Below, piece after piece: positions 17,352-27,400 of a stretch of 64,000 nucleotides of DNA. Made by a program: the position numbers and the translations under genes. The stretch lies in contig CALDDN010000003.1 in NCBI GenBank assembly GCA_937936615.1, positions 2,520 to 66,519 on the forward strand, in the 5' to 3' direction. The first letter of the stretch is position 1. Every line of letters starts with the position of its first letter. The stretch comes from an uncultured Bacteroidia bacterium (GTDB lineage Bacteria > Bacteroidota > Bacteroidia > J057 > CALDDN01). The notes beneath the pieces were generated by a model. It was given only the letters and a program-made list of their open reading frames with translations. It had not been told where the DNA came from and did no database searches.

Positions 17352-17909
17352 ATGAGCCAGCGTGTGCTCATCGACCGCCGCCGCATGGAGCTGACGCTGC
17401 TGCGTCTGGCCCATCAGCTGCTGGAGCACCATCCCCGGCTGGCGGGCTGCTGCATGGTGGGCATCCAGCCACGGGGGGTGTTTCTCGCCCGCCGGCTGCG
17501 TGACGTGCTGGCCCGGCTCTATCCTGATTTTGAACTACCCTACGCTGAACTCGACGTTACGTTTCACCGCGACGACCTGCGCCGAAGTTCCACGCCCATC
17601 GTGCCCGAGTCGACCCATGTGCCCCCGGGTTTTTCGACCGAAGACCGGGTGGTCGTGCTCGTCGATGATGTCCTCTATACGGGCCGAACCGTGCAGGCCG
17701 CCCTTTCGGCCATTCTGGCCTTTGGGCGGCCCCGGAGTACCGAGCTGCTCGTGCTCGTCGACCGCCGCCGCAAACGTGAACTGCCTATCGAAGCCCACTA
17801 CGTAGGGATTGCCGTCGATACCCTCGACCATGAACGGGTCCTGGTGCGCTGGCCCGACAACCCCGACGAAACCGACCTCGTCGTCATCCAGTCGCAACGC
17901 CATGTCTGA
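17352..17909 (+). CDS. pyrR: bifunctional pyrimidine operon regulator / uracil phosphoribosyltransferase PyrR
   Basis: VVLVDDVLYTGRTVQAAL is a PRPP-binding motif. LVLVDRRRKRELPIEAHYVG is the characteristic PyrR C-terminus. Confidence 0.9.
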   Translation: MSQRVLIDRRRMELTLLRLAHQLLEHHPRLAGCCMVGIQPRGVFLARRLRDVLARLYPDFELPYAELDVTFHRDDLRRSSTPIVPESTHVPPGFSTEDRVVVLVDDVLYTGRTVQAALSAILAFGRPRSTELLVLVDRRRKRELPIEAHYVGIAVDTLDHERVLVRWPDNPDETDLVVIQSQRHV

Positions 17910-18831
17910 ATTCCGCCTCTCGGTGCGTCATCTGCTGGGTATCAAAGACCTGACCGAGGCCGACTTGCACGCCATTTTCCGGACTACCCGCGAGTTTGCT
18001 GGTATTCTGGAACGGCCTATCAAGAAGGTGCCCTCGCTGCGCGATTTTACGGTAGCCAATCTCTTTTTTGAAAATTCGACCCGGACCCGTATTTCGTTCG
18101 AACTGGCCGAAAAACGGCTTTCGGCCGATGTGATCAATTTCTCGGCATCTGGTTCAAGTGTATCCAAGGGCGAAACCTTGCTCGATACGGTAAACAATAT
18201 CCTGGCCATGAAGGTCGATCTGGTGGTCATCCGGCACGCCTGCCCGGGGGCCCCCCACCTGCTGAGCCGCCACATCGCCGCCCAGATCATCAACGCCGGC
18301 GACGGTGCCCACGAACACCCTACCCAGGCTCTGCTCGACTGTTACACCCTGCTCAAGCACCTGGGCCGCATCGACGGGATACGCGTGGGTATCGTGGGCG
18401 ACATCCGCCACAGCCGCGTGGCCCTGTCCAATATTCTGGCCCTCAAGAAATTGGGAGCCGAAGTCCGCGTCTGCGGCCCGCCCACGCTCATTCCATCGAC
18501 CGTTACAACCTTGGGCGTTACCGTCGAGCCGAGCCTCGACCGCCTGCTGGCCTGGGCCGATGCCGTCAATGTGCTGCGCATCCAGCTGGAACGGCAGAAC
18601 ATCAAGTACATTCCTTCGCTGCGCGAATACGCCCGCCACTACGGCATCGACCGCGACCGCATCCAGAAACTGGACAAGCAGATTTTGATTTTACATCCCG
18701 GGCCGATGAACCGCGGGGTGGAAATCACGAGTGAAGTAGCCGATTCGAAGCAGGCCGTCATCCTCGATCAGGTTTTGAATGGCGTGGCCGTGCGCATGGC
18801 CGTGCTCTATCTGCTGGCCGGACGAAGCTGA
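17902..18831 (+). CDS. pyrB: aspartate carbamoyltransferase catalytic subunit
   Basis: ENSTRTRISFELA, HPTQALLD and ILHPGPMNRGVEI motifs. The internal ATG at 17902 (MSEFRLSVRHLLGIKDL) overlaps the pyrR end by 8 nt; the track start at 17809 is an out-of-context extension. Confidence 0.9.
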   Translation: MSEFRLSVRHLLGIKDLTEADLHAIFRTTREFAGILERPIKKVPSLRDFTVANLFFENSTRTRISFELAEKRLSADVINFSASGSSVSKGETLLDTVNNILAMKVDLVVIRHACPGAPHLLSRHIAAQIINAGDGAHEHPTQALLDCYTLLKHLGRIDGIRVGIVGDIRHSRVALSNILALKKLGAEVRVCGPPTLIPSTVTTLGVTVEPSLDRLLAWADAVNVLRIQLERQNIKYIPSLREYARHYGIDRDRIQKLDKQILILHPGPMNRGVEITSEVADSKQAVILDQVLNGVAVRMAVLYLLAGRS

Positions 18832-18836
18832 CGGTT

Positions 18837-21332
18837 CTAGAACCTAAAGCTGTATTCAAGCTTGAACATTTGATTCCAGCGGCCCTGCAGCCCTAGCCGG
18901 CCATCCAGACCGATGTAATAGCCCACTCCAAAAAAACGCAGTGAGGCAAACTGCCGCGTCCACTCGGGCGGCAGGATGTTGTTGACGCCGGCACCCACTT
19001 CGTAGTAGCCCCGGTCGAGTGCGGCCAGCTCAATGGCTTGTGTTTCGCTGGTGGTGGTCTGAATTGAGCTGCCCCACGCCCAGGCCCCCCGAATGATCGG
19101 ATCGGGTGAGTAGGCCGCCGAGGGAAACCGATTGTTAACGTATTCCCATTCGATGAAAGCCGTCGCGAAGTCGCGGGCGGCGAAGACCCGCTGCCCCGAA
19201 ATGGGCAGCGTTTGCAGCGTAAAGCTGTCGCTTACACGGGAAGACTGGCCGTTGGCCGGAAAGAGGAAGAGAACGGGTAGCGGCGCAGTCCCGGTCAGGT
19301 GGCCCGCATTGCCCTGCAGGCGCATGCGGCCCCAGCGGCGCAGCAGAAGCACCTGTGTCAGGCTGGCTTCGAGTTTCTGGTAGGCGGGGCCATTGGGTTG
19401 TTCGCCGATTGTCAGGCGCAGCTCGGCAATGGGGTAGGGGGCGGCGGTGGCCCATTCGCCCAGCGGGCTTTTGACCCATTGCTCGCGCCAGGCGAAACGC
19501 ACCTGCCCCACGGCTTCGCGGATTTCCATGCGAGGCAGCCGGTCGGTCAGCGGAGCAATCTGCCAGTCGCGCTGGCGCAGTTCGAGGCGGGCCGTTGTCC
19601 AGGGGGCGACGCTCAGGGTCAGATTGGCCCAGCGCGTCTGCCGGTAGGCCATTGGTTCAAAGAAGAAGCTGCGTAGGGCCGTGTTGACCCGCGTTCGCTC
19701 GTGGATGGGCCGGGCCGTCTGAAAAGCCAGGTAGTCGTCGCCCAGCCCATTCAGCTCGCGTTCGTAGCCCAATTGCAGGGCCGGCGTGGCCTTCTGGAAG
19801 GGGGTGAGCGTCAGCTCGGCCCCGTACTTCCATTCCTGGTCGGTGAAGCCGTAGCCCACCCAGCCACCGATGTTGCCCGAGCGACTGATCCGTTCATTGG
19901 TGCGCAAGCCCACCCCAAGGCGGAAACGGTCGACGGGCGTGTATCTGATTATCCGATTCAGATTCAGATCCAACGAGCCGATCTGGATATAACCCGTTCG
20001 CAGGCGGTCGAACTGCCGGAAGAGCCAGAAGAAGAATTTTTGCGAACCCAGGAGGCTGTCTACTTTATGGTAGGTTTGTTTTTCCTGAAGGGTCAGGGCG
20101 ATGCCCCGCAGGCGGTCCCAGGTGCTGTCGGGAATTCCTGCCGCATCGGGGGCCACTTCCAGGACATACTGGTCGAAGTCGCGTTTTAGGAGCATGGGGG
20201 CCAGATCGACCGAGTCGATGCTCGACCGCGCCACCAGCAGCAGGGGCACGGTATCGCGGTCGTTGGGTACCTGCAGGCCCAGGTCGGTCCAGAGCTGGTG
20301 CGGAAACCACGTGCTGTCGTTGAGGGGGCGGTGAATCTGGCGGATGCTGACCTGACGGGCAGCCAGGAGCAAATCGGCCGGCAGGGGAGCCTTGGCTTCC
20401 AGACTGGCGACGGCCCAGGTGCGGCTGTGCAGCTGCAGGCGGCCTGTCAGGCCATTGGCATACCGGCTTTGCGGCCTGAATTCGATGGTAAAGAGCGTAT
20501 CGCGGTCATCGAGCAGCGTATCGGTCAGCACGTAGTAGTAGAGGTTGAGTGCGTTGGGATGCAGCGGGCTGGTGTATTCGGTGCTCAGTATGCGTAGAGT
20601 CGCTTCGTAGACCGATAAGTCCTGCAGGTCGGTCGGGGTCAGGGGCAGGGCCAGGCCCGGAAGTCCGGATGTTCGGCTGGCGATGACGGTTTCTTTGAGG
20701 CGATCGGGTCGGCGGTGGATGCGCTCGGTTACAGTCTCCCACAGAAAGAGGTGCTGCTGTTGCGTGATTTCCTCCATTCTCGCCTCCGTGATCGAGTCCC
20801 TGCCGACGGATGATCGATTGGGATTGAAGGTAATGTGCAGCTTGTTGTAGGAGCGCGTCCGGTACTGGGGCAGCCGGTTGGGGTTGTTGCGGTTGCGGCT
20901 GGCGATGGCCGACCGGATGAGCCGATGGGCGGGGTTTTCACCCGGGCGGATGACCACGGCTTCGAGTTCGGAAGCCTTCGGCTGCATGCGCACGCGAAAT
21001 TCAGGGGGTGTTGGTGCGGTCAAGTAAATGAACTGCGGGGTGTAGCCCAGGCACGAGATACGCAGGCTGTCGGGTAGTTGCTTGAGTTCGAGCCGAAAGA
21101 AACCGTCCAGGTCGGCGATGGTGCCTCGCTGGTTGCGCTGGGCGTAGACGGTGGCCGAGGGCACGGCCTCTCCGGTCTGGGCATCTACGATGCGGCCGCT
21201 GAGCATTGTTTGGGCTGCTGCAGGTTTTGTTTGAACTAAAAAAAAGAGCGCGAATAAAACAGGCCATGCGGTACCTACCACATGGCCTGTTTTATTCTTG
21301 AAAAAAAGAATATAAGTAAGTTTTTGCATCAT
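18837..21332 (-). CDS. carboxypeptidase-regulatory-like (CarbopepD_reg) + DUF5686-type outer-membrane protein
   Basis: Start at MMQKLTYILFF... with a signal sequence, then SGRIVDAQTGEAVPSATVYAQ...GTIADLDGFFRL (Cna/CarboxypepD_reg-like). The roughly 830-aa size and C-terminal ...FKLEYSFRF beta-barrel ending are typical of DUF5686 proteins. The stop of gcdH lies 2 nt upstream. Confidence 0.75.
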   Translation of the reverse strand: MMQKLTYILFFKNKTGHVVGTAWPVLFALFFLVQTKPAAAQTMLSGRIVDAQTGEAVPSATVYAQRNQRGTIADLDGFFRLELKQLPDSLRISCLGYTPQFIYLTAPTPPEFRVRMQPKASELEAVVIRPGENPAHRLIRSAIASRNRNNPNRLPQYRTRSYNKLHITFNPNRSSVGRDSITEARMEEITQQQHLFLWETVTERIHRRPDRLKETVIASRTSGLPGLALPLTPTDLQDLSVYEATLRILSTEYTSPLHPNALNLYYYVLTDTLLDDRDTLFTIEFRPQSRYANGLTGRLQLHSRTWAVASLEAKAPLPADLLLAARQVSIRQIHRPLNDSTWFPHQLWTDLGLQVPNDRDTVPLLLVARSSIDSVDLAPMLLKRDFDQYVLEVAPDAAGIPDSTWDRLRGIALTLQEKQTYHKVDSLLGSQKFFFWLFRQFDRLRTGYIQIGSLDLNLNRIIRYTPVDRFRLGVGLRTNERISRSGNIGGWVGYGFTDQEWKYGAELTLTPFQKATPALQLGYERELNGLGDDYLAFQTARPIHERTRVNTALRSFFFEPMAYRQTRWANLTLSVAPWTTARLELRQRDWQIAPLTDRLPRMEIREAVGQVRFAWREQWVKSPLGEWATAAPYPIAELRLTIGEQPNGPAYQKLEASLTQVLLLRRWGRMRLQGNAGHLTGTAPLPVLFLFPANGQSSRVSDSFTLQTLPISGQRVFAARDFATAFIEWEYVNNRFPSAAYSPDPIIRGAWAWGSSIQTTTSETQAIELAALDRGYYEVGAGVNNILPPEWTRQFASLRFFGVGYYIGLDGRLGLQGRWNQMFKLEYSFRF

Positions 21333-21334
21333 GT

Positions 21335-22531
21335 TCAACGGAAGGCACTGATGCCCGTGATGTCCATGCCCGTAATGAGCAGGTGGATGTCGTGGGTGCC
21401 CTCGTAGGTGATGACCGATTCCAGGTTCATCATGTGGCGCATGATGGGGTAGTCGCCCACGATGCCCATGCCGCCGAGGATTTGCCGTGCTTCGCGAGCG
21501 ATGTTGAGAGCCATTTCGACGTTGTTGCGCTTGGCCATCGAAATCTGGGCGGTGGTGGCGCGGCCTTCGTTGCGGAGCTGGCCCAGGCGCAGGTTCAGCA
21601 GCTGGGCCTTGGTGATCTCGGTTACCATTTCGGCCAGCTTCTTCTGGATGAGCTGGAACGAGGCGATGGGCTTGTCGAACTGGATGCGTTCGAGGCTGTA
21701 GCGCAGGGCGGTTTCGTAGCAGGCGATGGCCGAGCCGACGGCTCCCCAGGCGATGCCGTAACGGGCACTGTCGAGGCAGGATAGCGGCCCTTTGAGGCCC
21801 GTAATTCCGGGCAGGATGTTGGCTTTGGGTACTTTCACGTTGTCGAAGACCAGTTCGCCGGTGGCTGAAGCTCGCAGCGACCATTTGTTGTGGATTTCGG
21901 GTGTGGTGAAACCCTCCATGCCCCGTTCGACGATCAGCCCTTGGATGCGGCCTTCGGGATTTTTGGCCCACACCACGGCAATCTGCGCGAAGGGTGAGTT
22001 CGATATCCACATCTTCGAACCGTTGAGGATGACGTGGTCGCCTGCATCGGTGAAATGGGTGCGCATGCCGCCCGGGTTCGAGCCGAAGTCGGCTTCCGTC
22101 AGTCCAAAGCAGCCCATCCATTCGCCCGTGGCCAGCTTGGGCAGGTACTTTTGCCGTTGCTCTTCGGTGCCGTAGGCGTAAATGGGGAACATCACCAGCG
22201 AGGACTGCACCGAGGCCATCGACCGGATGCCCGAATCGCCCCGTTCGATTTCCTGCATGATCAGGCCGTAGGCGATGTAATCGACCCCCGAGCAGCCGTA
22301 TTCTTCGGGCAGGAAGCAGCCGAAAATCCCCAGTTCGCCCATTTCGGGGATCAGGTGGGTGGGGCATTCCGAACGCTGGGCGTAGTCTTCGATGATGGGC
22401 AGCAGCTTTTCGTCGACCCAGGTTTTGACCGAGTCGCGTATCTGGCGGTGTTCTTCCGTCAGCAGCTCTTCGATCCAGTAGTAATCCGTCCTGTTGGTTC
22501 TGACGGCCGGTGTTTCCAGAGACTGGAGCAT
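21335..22531 (-). CDS. gcdH: glutaryl-CoA dehydrogenase (acyl-CoA dehydrogenase family)
   Basis: Long collinear similarity to GCDH: SVQSSLVMFPIYAYGTEEQRQKYLPKLATGEWMGCFGLTE, KFSLRAS-like WSLRASATGELVFDNVKVP, LIQKKLAEMVTEIT, NLESVITYEGTHDIHLLITG. Confidence 0.9.
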   Translation of the reverse strand: MLQSLETPAVRTNRTDYYWIEELLTEEHRQIRDSVKTWVDEKLLPIIEDYAQRSECPTHLIPEMGELGIFGCFLPEEYGCSGVDYIAYGLIMQEIERGDSGIRSMASVQSSLVMFPIYAYGTEEQRQKYLPKLATGEWMGCFGLTEADFGSNPGGMRTHFTDAGDHVILNGSKMWISNSPFAQIAVVWAKNPEGRIQGLIVERGMEGFTTPEIHNKWSLRASATGELVFDNVKVPKANILPGITGLKGPLSCLDSARYGIAWGAVGSAIACYETALRYSLERIQFDKPIASFQLIQKKLAEMVTEITKAQLLNLRLGQLRNEGRATTAQISMAKRNNVEMALNIAREARQILGGMGIVGDYPIMRHMMNLESVITYEGTHDIHLLITGMDITGISAFR

Positions 22532-22552
22532 AACAAGGGATGAATTGAGGCT

Positions 22553-22565
22553 AAATATACCATTC
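22553..22565 (-). promoter_or_regulatory. candidate -7 promoter box GAATGGTATATTTA upstream of gcdH
   Basis: The minus-strand reading GAATGGTATATTT(A) ends about 21 nt upstream of the ATG at 22531. The 13-mer is identical to the one upstream of the 24459-27833 gene. Confidence 0.35.
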
Positions 22566-22600
22566 TTTCAACGCAGAACCAAGGATTAGGTTTCACTTTC

Positions 22601-22635
22601 AATTAAAAATGCAGGCCACAACCGAGGCCTGCATT
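22601..22635 (-). terminator. rho-independent terminator downstream of pckA
   Basis: Minus strand: AATGCAGGCC - 8-nt loop - GGCCTGCATT followed by TTTAATTG. The stem arms are at 22608-22617 and 22626-22635. Confidence 0.75.
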
Positions 22636-22666
22636 CATTGAAGTCAACAGCAGTAGGCGGGCTGCC

Positions 22667-24265
22667 TTAAACCATGATCTTGGGGGCCGCTGCTTTGGTT
22701 TCGTCGTTGGCAAATTCGTTGTACTGAGCGAAGTTCTGGCTGAAAAGTTGGGCGAGCTTGCGGGCCTGGGCATCGTAGGCTGCCGGATCGGCCCAGGTGC
22801 CACGTGGATTGAGGATTTCGGTGGGAACCCCCGGCACAGCTGCAGGCACTTGCAGGCCAAATACTTCATCGGTGCGGTATTCGATCCCTTCGAGTTTCCC
22901 CTGGAGGGCAGCTGTAATCAGGGCGCGGGTGTAGGGCAACGAAATGCGCGAACCCACCCCGTAGGGGCCGCCCGTCCAGCCGGTGTTTACAAGCCAGACG
23001 CTGGTGGCGTGCTGCTTCATTTTCTCGCCCAGTAGAGCTGCGTAGCGGGTGGGGTGCAGCGGCAGGAAGGCCTCCCCGAAACAGGCCGAGAATGTCGGCT
23101 GCGGTTCTTTGACTCCAGCTTCGGTACCGGCAACCTTGGCCGTGTAGCCCGACAGAAAGAAAAACATCGCCTGGCCTGGGGTCAGCTTCGCAATGGGCGG
23201 CAGCACGCCGTAGGCATCGGCCGATAAAAAGAAGATGTTTTGAGGAATACCGCCTACCGAGGGTTCGAGGGCGTTATCGATGAAGTGGATGGGGTAGGCT
23301 GCGCGTGTGTTTTCCGTGATCGACTGGTCGTCGTAATCCACGGTGCGCGTACCCGGGAAAAACCGGGTGTTTTCGACCAGCGACCCGAAGCGGATGGCGT
23401 TCCAGATTTGGGGTTCTTTCTCCTTGGAGAGGTTGATGCATTTGGCGTAGCAGCCGCCTTCAAAATTGAAAACCCCCGTTTCGGTCCAGCCGTGCTCGTC
23501 GTCGCCGATGAGGCGGCGGTTGGGGTCGGCCGAGAGCGTCGTTTTGCCCGTGCCCGAAAGGCCGTAGAACAGAGCTACATCGCCCCCCTCCCCCACATTG
23601 GCCGAGCAGTGCATCGAAAGCACGCCTTTGAGCGGCAGCAGGTAGTTCAACACGGTAAAAATGCCTTTCTTGATTTCCCCCGTGTAGGCTGAGCCGCCGA
23701 TCAGGATCAGCCGTCGGCTGAAATTGATGATCGTGAAGTTGTGCGCCCGCGTGCCGTCGATTTCGGGAATGGCCCGGAAGTTGGGGCAGGCCAGGATGGT
23801 GAAATCTGGCTCGAAACCGGCCAGCTCATCGGCTGTGGGGCGGATGAACAGGGCGTTGACGAATAAATTTTGCCAGGGGTAGGCGTTGAAGACCCGCACG
23901 CGCAGCCGGTGTGCGGGATCGGCCCCCGCGTAACAGTCCCGCACGTACCACTCGCGATTCTGCATGTAGGCACTTATCCGCGCAAAGAGGCGGTCGAACT
24001 GTTCCTCGCTGAATCGGTGGTTGATTTTGTCCCACCAGACCTGATCGCGGGTCTGCTCATCGACGACCACGTACTTATCTTTAGGAGATCGACCGGTGAA
24101 TTCACCCGTCGATACGCAAAGCGCGCCCGAATCGGCCAACTCGCCCTGGCCTTTGCGGATTGCATGTTCGACCAGTTCGGCAGGTGTAAGCTGGTAGTGC
24201 AGGGTGCCTAAGTGTTTGAGGTTGAGGTAATCGGCCAGATGTTGGTGCGCCATGGGAATCGGCAT
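22667..24265 (-). CDS. pckA: phosphoenolpyruvate carboxykinase (ATP)
   Basis: Full-length collinear PckA. It has the kinase-1a loop FYGLSGTGKTTLS and the motifs IGDDEHGW and NTGWTGG. Confidence 0.95.
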   Translation of the reverse strand: MPIPMAHQHLADYLNLKHLGTLHYQLTPAELVEHAIRKGQGELADSGALCVSTGEFTGRSPKDKYVVVDEQTRDQVWWDKINHRFSEEQFDRLFARISAYMQNREWYVRDCYAGADPAHRLRVRVFNAYPWQNLFVNALFIRPTADELAGFEPDFTILACPNFRAIPEIDGTRAHNFTIINFSRRLILIGGSAYTGEIKKGIFTVLNYLLPLKGVLSMHCSANVGEGGDVALFYGLSGTGKTTLSADPNRRLIGDDEHGWTETGVFNFEGGCYAKCINLSKEKEPQIWNAIRFGSLVENTRFFPGTRTVDYDDQSITENTRAAYPIHFIDNALEPSVGGIPQNIFFLSADAYGVLPPIAKLTPGQAMFFFLSGYTAKVAGTEAGVKEPQPTFSACFGEAFLPLHPTRYAALLGEKMKQHATSVWLVNTGWTGGPYGVGSRISLPYTRALITAALQGKLEGIEYRTDEVFGLQVPAAVPGVPTEILNPRGTWADPAAYDAQARKLAQLFSQNFAQYNEFANDETKAAAPKIMV

Positions 24266-24304
24266 CTGTAGGAGTGAGGTAAAATCGGCTTAACCGAAGC
24301 GCGG

Positions 24305-24312
24305 CAAATTTA
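24305..24312 (-). promoter_or_regulatory. candidate -7 box TAAATTTG upstream of pckA
   Basis: The minus-strand TAAATTTG matches TAnnTTTG, about 40 nt upstream of the ATG at 24265. The nearest TTG is 24 nt upstream, a non-ideal spacing. Confidence 0.3.
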
Positions 24313-24458
24313 GTTTTTTTTGCCGAGGGCACAGGTCAAGCAGCCCGTCTGGCAGGGTGGCTTTGGCCTGCGCCTGCTTCATTGCGACTTCCTGAGCCAA
24401 TGATTTTAAGCTGTTTAGAGAATTGGAGGCAGGTTAAATGATCCCATGGGCCTTGTTC

Positions 24459-27400
24459 CTACAGCCCTACCCACTTGAGTACCGCCGTACGCGTTGCCGT
24501 TCGGCACATTACCACGTATACGCCTGCAGCAAGCCCCTCGATTTCCACTTGCCGTTCGGCATGGCCTTGCGTAGAGGCAGGATGTAACCGTTCGTAGACC
24601 CGTTTGCCCTGTAGGTCTGTAATCTCGATGTGTAGCTCGTCGTCGTTCCAGTCGGCAGGCAGCAGCAAGCTGAACCGCCCGGTTCCCGGATTGGGGTAGA
24701 GCTTCCATTCGCTGGTATTCCATGGGTCTGTGCCTTCCAGTTTGCCTTGGGGCGGAGTGTTGAACCAGGTCGAGCGGTTGGATGAGGTAACACCTCCGCA
24801 GGTAGTCGAGATGCTCAGCTCGTAGGAGCGTGCAGGCAGCAGGTTCTGGATCGTGTAACTGAGTTGCGGGGCCTGCACGAAGGCCGTAACACTGTTCAAT
24901 GAACTGGTTTCGCGCCAGGTCAGGCGGTAGGTCGTTGCCCCTGCTACCGACGACCAGCTCACGAACGCGCCCGTACCGAATGGCGAGACGCTAACTGAAG
25001 CAGGCGGCGTGCATGCCGGTGCCGACTGGCCGGCCGTTTCGGCGAAGTAAGGCCCCCCGAATGAGGAAACTGCCTGCCCCACGCATTCGGTACGCAGGTA
25101 GACCTCGTATCGGGTCGCCGCACTGAGGCCGGTCAGCACGACGCTGGTGGCCGGAGCAAAAACGCTAACAAAATTCCACGCGCTGGCCTGCAACGGACGG
25201 TAGTAGACCTGCCAGCTCAGTGCATTGGGCTGCTGGGGCCAGCTGACCCGCAAGCTCGTAGGCGTGATTTCGCTGAACTGAGGCACAGGAGCCACGCAGG
25301 CCGCCGGTGCCGTCGATTGCGTCGTGAACGACTGCAGGCCCGAGCCGTCCGACAGCCGTTCGCCACAGACGGCCTGCACGTACCATTGATAGGCAGTTCC
25401 AGCCTGAAGCCCCGTCAGGTTAAAGCTGGGCGAGCCAAGGACAAGAACCTGAAAATTGGCATCATCGCTGCGACGGAAAAACAGCCGGTAGGAGCTGGCT
25501 CCCGCCACATTTGCCCAGCTCAGGAAGGCCGAGCTGGCGGTAAGGTTCGAGGCCGTCAGTTGGGTAGGTGTGGCGCAGGCTGTGGCTTGGGCAATCCCCA
25601 CCTGAGCAGTTGCCTGGTTTTCACAGCCGTTGGCATCGCGCACGGCGAGGCTGTAAGTGCCCGCGAGAAGCCCCGTAAAAATCGTCTGGCTGCTAAAGGG
25701 GCCGTTTTGCAGGCGGATGAGATAGGGGGCCTGACCGCCCGACGGGCTTACCGAGAGGCTGCCGTTGGCCGATTGCGGGCTGCTGGCGGGGCTGCTGCTG
25801 ACCTGCAGCTGAGGCAGTGGCAGCACGTTGACCGGAACCGTCCGCGTACTGGTGCAGCCGTTGGCGTAGAAGCCCGTTACCGTGAACGTCTGGCTGGCTG
25901 CCGGTACAAAGGTGTAAATCGAACTGGAAGCCGAAGCCGAAAGCACGGGCGACCAAGCGTAACTTTGGGCACCGCTGGCCGTCAGGCTGACGGTGCTTCC
26001 CTGGCAGACCGTTGCGGCGATCGGCGTCAGGTTCAGCGGGCCTCCGGCATCTACCTGAATCAGAAACCAGCGCACCGTGCTGGCCGCACCGGCTGCGTTA
26101 CGGGCCGTCAGCCGCACCGAGTAAGTACCGGGATTCAAATAGGTATGGGCCGGATTGGCGATAAAGTGATCGGGTCGACCGTCGTTGTCGATATCCCATT
26201 CCCAGCTGGTGGGGTTGTTGGTGCTCAAATCGAGAAACTGCACCCGCAGCGGCGCACAGCCCCTCGTCCGGTCGACCTGAAAGTTGGGTACCGGTGGTTG
26301 CAGGCCCTCGCTGCCTTCGAGGCGGCACTGCCAGCCGGGCACGCGGCGCATGGCCTGTGTACCGCAGAGGCTGCGGCTTTCGCTGCGCTGCATGATGCTC
26401 TGCCCGCCGCCGATGTCGCTGGCAAAATTCAGCTGGCGTTGTTCCTGATTGGGGCCGATTGCAAAGTGCATGACCCGGCCCGGTGCCACGATGTGCCCCA
26501 GCTGATGCGCATGCCCCAGTTCGTGCACGGCCACGCTTTCAAAGTCAAACCGCCCCCAGGTCGGCTGGCTGGGGCCAAAATGCCAGTTGATCTGGCTGTT
26601 GAACAGGAGATCCAGATCTTTGACCTGCCAAAACAGTACATTATTGACAAAACATCCTGAGATTCGCGAGAAGGTCGCCGCCAGCACGCCTTGCGACAGC
26701 CGGCATTGGGTATCGTAATTGATCAGGTTTATTCCGTCGTCGGCCGAGCAGCTGACGCTCGCCGGCTGGTTCGACAGCGAAAAATTGACTCCCGTTCCGC
26801 ACCGCCACGTCTCCAGGGCACGCCGCAGGGCAGCCACCGCTGCCGGATTCTGGCTCAAGGCCGGCGCCATCTGGAACGAAATACCACCCTGGCCGTTCTG
26901 ATTGATCAAATCGGCTGGTGCCGATACCCCAGAAAAAAAGTTGGTATAGTTGAGCACGGCAAAGGTGATGTTGAGGTTGAACGCGCTCGTCGCCGTTTGG
27001 CCCGACGAGTTCACAACCTGTACCCGGCCCGTGCCGGCCCGACTGGGCACCACGACATCGATTCGGGTATCGCTCCAGAAGCGGATATCGGTATTGCTGG
27101 CTGAAATGAAGCCTTGACCGCCGTTATCGGCATTGGCAAAATTGACCCGACCCCAAAAGCCCGGACTTCGCCCGAAGTTGCTGCCAACAATCGTCAATAC
27201 GCTGCCCGTGCCGGCGGTTATCGTACCGGGGATCAGTGTCGTGATGACCGGTGTGGACATTGTCTGGGCGGGGTCGACCTTGAATTGCGGCTCGTGGCGG
27301 GCGGGCAGTTCCTGAATGTAGGCTGGCCGCAGCCGACAGGTTTGAGTCAGGGTCTGAATCAGCTGCGCCGGCGACTCGAACCGGTCAAAAGGCGCGACCA

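Noticed and set aside
21333-22367. N-terminal 345 aa of the 1176-aa track ORF 18837-22367 (minus strand), which would make a giant protein overlapping gcdH
   Set aside because: This part lies on the same strand as gcdH but off-frame. Its translation is P/R/H/G-rich low-complexity sequence typical of off-frame reading of GC-rich genes. A proper start with a signal sequence (MMQKLTYILFF) occurs at 21332, right after the gcdH stop.
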